Shown here piece after piece: positions 18,902 to 25,981 of a stretch of DNA of 64,000 bases. Source of the DNA: an uncultured Candidatus Saccharibacteria bacterium (lineage in GTDB: Bacteria; Patescibacteriota; Dojkabacteria; SC72). Under the pieces are notes generated by a model. It worked only from the letters and a program-made list of their open reading frames with translations, made no database searches and was not told where the DNA came from. The stretch lies in contig CAYOEG010000002.1 in the NCBI GenBank assembly GCA_964403155.1, positions 8,147-72,146 of the forward strand, written 5' to 3'. Made by a program: the position numbers and the translations under genes. Position 1 is the stretch's first letter. Each line of letters starts with the position of its first letter.

Positions 18902-19938
18902 TGATCAAGAGTATAAAGTTAACCAATTTCAGAAGATTCAAAGATTTAAATATTGAGATATCTAAGGATATTGTTGTATTACACGGGGATAACGCGAAAG
19001 GAAAAAGCACAGTTCTGGAAGCTTTACATCTAGTTACTAATGGTGATTCTCCATGGGCATCTTCTGACGAATTTGTAAGTAATGATCAAGGAGAAGAAGA
19101 TAGGTATGCAAGAGTAGAGATTACGACAGATGAACACACATATGCGTTTTTCAAAAATCATGATAGAAGGATTTGTAAGATTGATAACCAGAACACCACT
19201 CCTAAGAAATTTTTCCAGAGTAATGCTTCTACAATTTTTAATCCTGAACAGATTGAGATTTTAATGATTTCTCCATCACATAGGAGAGATTTTCTTGATG
19301 AAGTTATATGTAAGATCGATTATGAATACAATGATACTTTGGCAAAATTCAGAAAGGTGTTAAGACAGAGGAATGCATATTTAAAGAAGCTAGCTAAGAA
19401 ATTCTATGATCAGGGGATTATTGCACGTAATGATACTCAACTTAATTTCTGGACTAATGAGTTTGTAGAATTAGCAAAGGTTATTCAAAAAAAGAGACTT
19501 GAGTTAATTGAGAAGCTTTCTGATGGGGATTTTAGTATTGAATATGTTAAATCAAATAAGGAAGATATGGATGTTGCAGTAGAAGAAGCGAAGAAGAAGG
19601 ATATTGTTACTGGGTGTTCTAATGTGGGTCCTCAGAGGGATGATTGGGATATTATTGTTGAAAAGAATATTAAGAAGTTTGGGTCTAGGGGTGAGAAGAG
19701 GTTGGCTATCGGTAATTTGATTTTCAGGATTCAGGATGTTTTGAATAATGAGTTAGGGTTCTACCCTATTCTTTTGTTAGATGATATTGCTTCGGAGTTG
19801 GATAAACAGAATACTGGGAAGATTTTTGGCGAGAGGCATATTAGTAAGCAACAGACGTTTATAACGATTGTTAATTATAAAGAATTACCTAAAGAGATTG
19901 TTGAAAAAGCACAGTTGATTGATTTGAATAAGATCTAA
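18901..19938 (+). CDS. recF: DNA replication and repair protein RecF (SMC-like ATPase)
   Basis: LTNFRRF..., Walker A GDNAKGKST, Walker B ILLLDDIASELD; 345 aa; start overlaps the lepA stop (TAATG). Confidence 0.75.
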   Translation: MIKSIKLTNFRRFKDLNIEISKDIVVLHGDNAKGKSTVLEALHLVTNGDSPWASSDEFVSNDQGEEDRYARVEITTDEHTYAFFKNHDRRICKIDNQNTTPKKFFQSNASTIFNPEQIEILMISPSHRRDFLDEVICKIDYEYNDTLAKFRKVLRQRNAYLKKLAKKFYDQGIIARNDTQLNFWTNEFVELAKVIQKKRLELIEKLSDGDFSIEYVKSNKEDMDVAVEEAKKKDIVTGCSNVGPQRDDWDIIVEKNIKKFGSRGEKRLAIGNLIFRIQDVLNNELGFYPILLLDDIASELDKQNTGKIFGERHISKQQTFITIVNYKELPKEIVEKAQLIDLNKI

Positions 19939-19952
19939 GTAATCGAGCACAC

Positions 19953-19987
19953 ATCCATACATGGGCTTTATTCTCCCATGTATGGAT
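19953..19987. terminator. bidirectional intrinsic terminator between convergent recF and aspS/asnS
   Basis: Perfect 13-bp inverted repeat ATCCATACATGGG-ctttattct-CCCATGTATGGAT followed by TATTTGGGG. Confidence 0.6.
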
Positions 19988-19996
19988 TATTTGGGG

Positions 19997-21316
19997 CTAT
20001 GGAGTCAATCGCTTCACTCCTCTATAAATATATGTAACCTCTCTAACATTCTTAACCTCAAGAAGTTGCATTAATATTCTTGTCGGGCCAGGGGCAAAAC
20101 CCCCATGAGGAGGACATCCATATTCAAAGAATTTTAGATAACTTCCAAAATCCTCTAGCTTGAATCCCTTTTCCAGAATTTGTGCTTTAAGAACCTCGTA
20201 TCTATGTTCCCTGATAGCACCACTAGTAATCTCTAACCCCTTATACAGCAAGTCGAAGCTTTTAGTAAATTGAGGCCTACCCTCATATCTCATACTGTAA
20301 AATGCTCTCGAAGAAGTTGGATAATCATAGATGAAAACGAATCCATGAGAATACTTCTCTTGAATGTATTGACCTAAGGCCCTTTCCTCTTCTGGGGATA
20401 TATCATCAACCTTTTCACTCTTAACTCCAAGCTTTTTCAGAAGACTTTTTGCCTGTGTGAAAGACATTCTTTGGAAAGGCATCTTCGGGATCTTTACTTT
20501 CACCTTGTACTCTTCTTGTATCTCCTTTGAATGGCTATGCTTAATCTCCTTTAGCATTTTTACAATCATTTTTTCTTCTTCCTGCAAAAGCTCTTCAACG
20601 GATTCTACGAACGATAGCTCAACATCGTACATTGTAAACTCGGTATCGTGCCTTGAGGTAAAAGATGGGTTTGCTCTAAATACAGGACCTACCTCAAAAA
20701 CTTTTTCTAGCCCAGAAGCCATCGCCATTTGCTTGTATAGTTGAGGAGATTGAGCAAGAAAAGCTTTCCTTCCGAAGTATTTTATCTCGAAAAGTTCTGA
20801 ACCAGACTCTGTTGATGTAACAGATGTCTTAGGAGAGTGTATCTCAATATATCCCTCTTCTATACAATGCCTTCTGAAGGCACTTTCCATTGTAGTCCAA
20901 ATCTTAAACACCAAACTACTTCTAGGTTTCCTCAGATCTAACCATCTGTAATCCAATCTTTTGGAGAGTGTTGTTTTACCATCAGATTTTTCAACTACTG
21001 GAATAGGTAGAGACGCCATTGGTTCCGAAAGGATTTTTACCGATTCTACTTCTATCTCATATCCCGATGGAGCTTGTTTTTCCTGTTTTACTAAGCCCGT
21101 AAGTTCTACTACAGATTCTATCTTTATCTGCTTCAAACTCTTAACAAGTTCTTTTTTCAGGACAACACACTGGATCGCTCCCGTAATATCTCTGATAATT
21201 AGAAATCCTATTGCGCCTTGCATTCTTACTGTTTGTACCCAGCCCTTAAGCAATATTCTTTCTCCAATCTTTTCTTTCATTTCTTTTGTATATGTTCTTT
21301 TCATTTTTATATTCAT
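19997..21316 (-). CDS. archaeal-type aspartyl/asparaginyl-tRNA synthetase (class IIb)
   Basis: OB-fold N-domain; KRLDYRWLDLR; class II motifs FRANPSFTSRHDTEF and GGFAPGPTRILM; 439 aa. Confidence 0.85.
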   Translation of the reverse strand: MNIKMKRTYTKEMKEKIGERILLKGWVQTVRMQGAIGFLIIRDITGAIQCVVLKKELVKSLKQIKIESVVELTGLVKQEKQAPSGYEIEVESVKILSEPMASLPIPVVEKSDGKTTLSKRLDYRWLDLRKPRSSLVFKIWTTMESAFRRHCIEEGYIEIHSPKTSVTSTESGSELFEIKYFGRKAFLAQSPQLYKQMAMASGLEKVFEVGPVFRANPSFTSRHDTEFTMYDVELSFVESVEELLQEEEKMIVKMLKEIKHSHSKEIQEEYKVKVKIPKMPFQRMSFTQAKSLLKKLGVKSEKVDDISPEEERALGQYIQEKYSHGFVFIYDYPTSSRAFYSMRYEGRPQFTKSFDLLYKGLEITSGAIREHRYEVLKAQILEKGFKLEDFGSYLKFFEYGCPPHGGFAPGPTRILMQLLEVKNVREVTYIYRGVKRLTP

Positions 21317-21319
21317 AAA

Positions 21320-21640
21320 ATATTAATTAGTAAATTTGTAAGTTGATAATATGTCCTCCTGTCGGAGGATTATTTTTTCTATTATTTAAATTGTGTATAT
21401 AACAAAAAACACCCATGTACTAAAATCATTAAATAATTTCAGTACAAGGGTGTTTAGATACACGGTGCCACCTTGTTTTAGATAAATATTACTATCTATC
21501 TCTTACAAACCTACTCTTGGTGAAGATATAGGTTTAGAGCTATTACAGGCTCACCTGTGAGGTTCTACTTACTTTCGCTTTCTTCCTCAAGCTCATCTGT
21601 GTTTGCAGAATCATTGCTGTATATAAAGATTATACTACTT
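21320..21640 (-). promoter_or_regulatory. T-box riboswitch leader of the aspS/asnS gene (promoter TATAAT about 21628, T-box sequence 21461-21477, terminator 21401-21455)
   Basis: Minus strand reads AAACAAGGUGGCACCGUG, matching the T-box consensus AAUUAGGGUGGNACCGCG. It sits immediately 5' of a long imperfect hairpin (AACACCCuUGUACUgAAA...UUUaGUACAuGGGUGUU) followed by UUUUUUGUU, about 85 nt upstream of the ATG. GGUG of the T-box can pair with CACC of the terminator 5' arm to form the antiterminator. Confidence 0.6.
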
Positions 21641-21686
21641 TTATTAAGAAACTGAAAATAAAGGACTATTTAAAAGTGAATCTCAA

Positions 21687-22736
21687 CTACGAGTTTTTCT
21701 TTGCATTGATAATTTTTATTGGTGCATGAAGCATCATACAACGTATACTACCCTGCCTAATTAATGGATAATACAACATTGGAATCTGTGTCGTGTAAAC
21801 TTGATCTTCCCCAACTATTTCATTTAAAAGATCAAGAAGTATTTCATCTCCACTTGTAACAATAACACTACCATTTGCAAATTGCTCAAAATTTAGGGCA
21901 CAGGGAAGGGATTGATGCTCTCTTTGTACTATGATCGGGATAACATCAATCTTATCACATGCTTCCTTTATAACTTCCAAATATTTCCCATATGGGGGTT
22001 TATTTGTAGAAACATAATTCTCATCCAAGAGGAGATAGTCCCGCCTATCTTTTCCCCTAATAAAAGCTGATACTCTGTCTAGATGATCCGTCTGGAAATA
22101 TTTTTCCGTACCAGATTGGATATCAATTTCCGCCGTCAATGGTGCTGGAAGGTAAGCAAAGTCAAATCTATCAGACAAGTTTTTAATATCATTAATATAA
22201 CTTTCTCTTGATTCACAAAACCATCTTGGATCCGTAGTTAGCACTTTCTTTCCTACTCTTAAAACTCTCCCCCCTTCTCCGAGTGGAGATCTTTTGCATG
22301 ATAAATCCGGAATGGACAAATTAGATTCAGAGCTAATATAGACATCATCATCAAAATTGACAAACATATCTCTAGGAAAGAATACTCCTCCTATATCATC
22401 GTCTAGTGCAACACCACGAATCTCCATACTTTTCATAATTCTGATAACAAGCTGTTCATCCATCCATTCTTTATGAGAGATAATTATTCGAAAAGGTATA
22501 TCCATCCGTTTCATCGTGTATAAAATAGAAGTGTATTCCATTAAAAACTTTTCTGCCAAAAAATCCCTATCCATAGAAACTTCAGACAGAGCGGTTACCC
22601 ATTGTTCCGATCCAACAGGTACGATAAATACATCCTTCTTGCTCTCCTCTTTTACAGGTTCTTTAAAGATTGGGGCGGAAAATAATATAACTTCATTGTT
22701 TGGAACAGGATCCTTTGAGTCTAGCGGTTCTCCCAT
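21687..22736 (-). CDS. hypothetical protein, possible pentein-fold (amidinotransferase/arginine-deiminase-like) hydrolase
   Basis: C-terminal GSIRCMMLHAPI resembles the catalytic-Cys motif (GGxRCMSxP) at the C-terminus of pentein enzymes. The N-terminal region has no recognisable motifs. Confidence 0.3.
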   Translation of the reverse strand: MGEPLDSKDPVPNNEVILFSAPIFKEPVKEESKKDVFIVPVGSEQWVTALSEVSMDRDFLAEKFLMEYTSILYTMKRMDIPFRIIISHKEWMDEQLVIRIMKSMEIRGVALDDDIGGVFFPRDMFVNFDDDVYISSESNLSIPDLSCKRSPLGEGGRVLRVGKKVLTTDPRWFCESRESYINDIKNLSDRFDFAYLPAPLTAEIDIQSGTEKYFQTDHLDRVSAFIRGKDRRDYLLLDENYVSTNKPPYGKYLEVIKEACDKIDVIPIIVQREHQSLPCALNFEQFANGSVIVTSGDEILLDLLNEIVGEDQVYTTQIPMLYYPLIRQGSIRCMMLHAPIKIINAKKNS

Positions 22737-22777
22737 AGTACTACAGTATAAGTCACAGGAGTCTTAAATACAATATC

Positions 22778-23119
22778 TCACAACCTTTTACAGAAGGCCT
22801 CATCATACACCCTATACATCTTCTGTATACCATTCTCTAATTTGTAATAATGGAATATATAGAATACCTCTACAATAAATATTATTCCTGTAAATACTAC
22901 CATTACCCAAGAGAAATATATCAATATAATAATAAATCCAAACATTAATAACATTGCAAATAACATAGTAACTAAAAGATGTATTAATCTCTCATGTTGC
23001 ATAAATTGAATATGGGAGAGAAAATCAGATCTATACGTTTCTAAATCACTTTTACTCAAATCCTTATTAGATAGTTTAGATTTAATATATTCTAAATAGG
23101 TATTCATATAGTCGATCAT
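22778..23119 (-). CDS. hypothetical small membrane protein (2 TM)
   Basis: Hydrophobic C-terminal half (LLVTMLFAMLLMFGFIIILIYFSWVMVVFTGIIFIV). Confidence 0.4.
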   Translation of the reverse strand: MIDYMNTYLEYIKSKLSNKDLSKSDLETYRSDFLSHIQFMQHERLIHLLVTMLFAMLLMFGFIIILIYFSWVMVVFTGIIFIVEVFYIFHYYKLENGIQKMYRVYDEAFCKRL

Positions 23120-23241
23120 AGAAATGCAGATTAAGATTATTTACCATTATACCTTTAAATATTATTCAGAGGTTATTGCAAAGCCCTATAATTATTCTAT
23201 AATAAATAAACTCCCCAAGAATAATTTATCTATTTAACACC

Positions 23242-23703
23242 ATGCATTTAGATAATAATACTCTCGAAAGGGAATATACTCCAAACCTCCAATCTATCTC
23301 TTTCGGAATGATAAATAAAACTGAGGAGATACAACATTTAAATGAACTTGAGCTATATTTCGTACTTGAATCCTGTAATCGTGAGATGTGGTTTACACTT
23401 TGTTCTCAAGGAGAGCCCAAATCCGAAGATGATATAGAAAGAATTATCAACGAAATAGTCAGTCTTAATAATATTAAACAGGTATGTCTTTTACAAACTG
23501 CAATGTTTGGAACTGATGCACACAAATCAGAAACCGGCGTAACCGTAGAAACAGGTCCCTTATTTGCGAAATGGTATGCTTTCTATAATAACCATTGCAA
23601 AGACACATTCGAGAATGTACAACCATACATTGAAGCCAAGAAATCTGGCAAAGATATATCTCAATATTTACCCGAAGGAGACTGGAAAGATTACGTGGTC
23701 TAA
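23242..23703 (+). CDS. hypothetical protein
   Basis: 153-aa ORF with no recognisable motif; convergent with the NTase gene. Confidence 0.35.
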   Translation: MHLDNNTLEREYTPNLQSISFGMINKTEEIQHLNELELYFVLESCNREMWFTLCSQGEPKSEDDIERIINEIVSLNNIKQVCLLQTAMFGTDAHKSETGVTVETGPLFAKWYAFYNNHCKDTFENVQPYIEAKKSGKDISQYLPEGDWKDYVV

Positions 23704-24462
23704 CTACCCTATTATCTTCTTTCTAAAATCCCCATCAAAGAACTCAATTTTCCCTCTCTTGTTATTATTCCATAACCTCGCTATCTCAGGTCTATGTAAA
23801 GATATAATCATAAACAAAAGTTGAAGAATGAAGAATTTGAAATTAACAATCTTGAGAAACCAATTACTCCTCTTAGAAACAAATACCCTACTCACTAACA
23901 ACTCACCCTTAACACCATATACCTTCCTTAACCAATCATTCTGAGAATAGATATAGTTAAGATATTTTTCATTGTATATCGGAATCAAATACATCAACTC
24001 ATGAAAATTAAAAATATCACTCTCAAACACCAAATCTCTTTCCTCGCAAATCAAATTGACACAAAACTTATCCTTAACCACATCCCCATTTCTAATCCTC
24101 CTAATCCTATGATGAAAAAGATTTTTTAATGTAATAATTCCACGATATATCCAAGAAGTATAGTTCTTAACAACAACAAACACATCAATATCATCCTCTT
24201 CCTTTGCAAAACCTGCACCCACAGAACCAGAAATACCAACAAACTTTAATAACCCAAAAGCCTTAAGATATTTAATACCATTCTTCGCAATATCAACCTT
24301 CCTTACAACCTCAACATTCTTAACCTCTTCATCGAAAGATTGATCATTACTCTTAACAAAACCTTTTCCCCAGATATATTTAGCCTGTTCTCTTGAAACT
24401 CCTAATCCCATCCTCAATCTAAACTTCCCTAGTTCTAACAATGCTTTTGTTTCTACTCCCAT
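23704..24462 (-). CDS. Pol-beta-superfamily nucleotidyltransferase domain protein
   Basis: GISGSVGAGFAKEEDDIDVFVVV fits the hG[GS]x9-13Dh[DE]h NTase motif; 252 aa with a helical/hydrophobic C-terminal half. Size and layout are reminiscent of ANT(4')-type or minimal NTases. Confidence 0.5.
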   Translation of the reverse strand: MGVETKALLELGKFRLRMGLGVSREQAKYIWGKGFVKSNDQSFDEEVKNVEVVRKVDIAKNGIKYLKAFGLLKFVGISGSVGAGFAKEEDDIDVFVVVKNYTSWIYRGIITLKNLFHHRIRRIRNGDVVKDKFCVNLICEERDLVFESDIFNFHELMYLIPIYNEKYLNYIYSQNDWLRKVYGVKGELLVSRVFVSKRSNWFLKIVNFKFFILQLLFMIISLHRPEIARLWNNNKRGKIEFFDGDFRKKIIG

Positions 24463-24537
24463 AGAATATTATACCATCTAATAATTTTCTTAATATTCTG
24501 CTAAACTTTAGGTTAGAAAAATAGTAAAATCTGCCTT

Positions 24538-25329
24538 ATGAGACAACATCCAATACCACAAAATATATTAGATGTAGAGTTCAAACTCTTTACAAAGTTT
24601 ACACTTAAAGAATTCGCATACCTTGCCATTGGTTTAGGAATCGGAGGAGTATTGGTATACCTAATGGTAGGACACACAATTCCAGTAATAGTTGGGATCC
24701 CTGGCCTCATACTCTCTGCAGGTGCAGGAATATTCCTGGGATTAGTACCAATAAATGATCAAGATGCAGATGTATTCATAAAAAACTATGTAAATGCAAT
24801 AACTACACCAACACAAAGAGTCTGGTTAAGTAAAGAGATGCAGGAAGACAGAAACAAGCCTTCTGTAAAACCAGGTGCAGACGGGAAATTAGTACAAAAA
24901 AGCTTTAAAGATAAAGTGACCGAGATAATTGGTGGAAATAAGCAAATAGTAGTAGAAGAGACAGCTCCAACGATACCTGCAAATAATACCCCCGTATCAT
25001 TATCTGAGTTAACAATATCAGACAGTAACAGAAACAAATATGAATTTAGTATCCAGAACTTAGAAAAATTACCTGGGAATATCAATATCTGGCTCTATAC
25101 CGGAGAAATGACCCCATCCCCAAATGTCATAACCTATATGAAGGATGAGAATGGTAAAATACTCTACGCAAACAGAACAGGGAACAGTGGCTATTTCCTA
25201 ACTAACAAGATATGGCCAAAGGGGATATATCAATTAGAGTTTGTGCATCCTCAGTTCAGATTCCCAAAGGTAAAGATCATAATCGAGGAAGAAAGTCATA
25301 AATTACCGATTAAAATAAAGAACATTTAA
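24538..25329 (+). CDS. VirB3/PrgI-like two-TM membrane protein with a C-terminal extracytoplasmic domain (T4SS-like module)
   Basis: Two adjacent TM helices (FAYLAIGLGIGGVLVYLMV / IVGIPGLILSAGAGIFLGLV) at the N-terminus; immediately precedes and is translationally coupled to the VirB4-like genes. Confidence 0.45.
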   Translation: MRQHPIPQNILDVEFKLFTKFTLKEFAYLAIGLGIGGVLVYLMVGHTIPVIVGIPGLILSAGAGIFLGLVPINDQDADVFIKNYVNAITTPTQRVWLSKEMQEDRNKPSVKPGADGKLVQKSFKDKVTEIIGGNKQIVVEETAPTIPANNTPVSLSELTISDSNRNKYEFSIQNLEKLPGNINIWLYTGEMTPSPNVITYMKDENGKILYANRTGNSGYFLTNKIWPKGIYQLEFVHPQFRFPKVKIIIEEESHKLPIKIKNI

Positions 25330-25330
25330 A

Positions 25331-25981
25331 GTGGATCAAAATACAAGGGCAAGAGCTATTGCCTCAACACAAGATGCATTAGAAGTTAGAGATATCCGAG
25401 AGGATCTTGTTGTAACTAAAAGCGGAAGTGTGGCAATAGTAATTCAAACGTCCGCCATTAACTTTGACCTTCTAGCCGAGTATGAACAGGATAACAAAAT
25501 ATATGCCTTTGCAGGACTTCTAAATTCACTCAATTTCCCCATTCAAATCTTGATCCGAACAAAGCGAATAGATATCACTTCATATGTTGACTATCTTAAA
25601 TCACAAAACGAAAGAGAGATGAGCGAAGGGTTAAGAAAACAATTAGAAATCTACACCCTATTTATACAAAACCTCATCGTACAGAATGATGTCTTAGACA
25701 AAAATTTCTTCATAGTAGTACCTTACAACCCTGGGCTTACTTTAAACGATGTAGGTTTCCTAAAAAAGAACAGTAAAAAAACAAAAGAAGAGGAAGAAAA
25801 ATATCAGAACATGGAGATAGACCAATTAGTGGAGAAAGGTAAAATATACCTCTATCCTAAGAGAGATCATATACTCAAACAACTCTCAAGAATGGGATTA
25901 TTTGGTCATCAATTAAACAATACTGAATTACTTTCTGAATTCTATACAATATATAACCCCGAGGAAGAAGAAAATGCCTGA
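25331..25981 (+). CDS. VirB4 N-terminal-domain-like protein (separate ORF, translationally coupled)
   Basis: GTG start 1 nt after the upstream stop. LVVTKSGSVAIVIQTSAINFDLLAEYEQDNKIYAFAGLLNSLNFPIQILIRTKRIDI matches the N-terminal segment of Gram-positive-type VirB4 (PrgJ/TcpF/Orf16 family). Overlaps the next ORF by ATGCCTGA. Confidence 0.45.
   Translation: MDQNTRARAIASTQDALEVRDIREDLVVTKSGSVAIVIQTSAINFDLLAEYEQDNKIYAFAGLLNSLNFPIQILIRTKRIDITSYVDYLKSQNEREMSEGLRKQLEIYTLFIQNLIVQNDVLDKNFFIVVPYNPGLTLNDVGFLKKNSKKTKEEEEKYQNMEIDQLVEKGKIYLYPKRDHILKQLSRMGLFGHQLNNTELLSEFYTIYNPEEEENA

Noticed and set aside
20457-21326. Plus-strand ORFs 20457-20744 and 20961-21326
   Set aside because: Antisense shadows of the AspRS/AsnRS gene 19997-21316. 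Their translations even mirror those of the 252-848 shadows.
21352-21378. Plus-strand hairpin + T-run (TCCTCC-tgtc-GGAGGA-TTATTTTTT) read as a terminator for a plus-strand gene or sRNA
   Set aside because: There is no plus-strand gene upstream. It lies in the 5' UTR of aspS on the other strand and is more simply part of the T-box leader/expression platform or a terminator against antisense read-through.
21317-21686. Possible tRNA or other structured RNA gene in the 370-bp spacer
   Set aside because: No cloverleaf with a T-loop/acceptor stem could be drawn. The GGUGGCACCG sequence plus terminator fits a T-box leader better.
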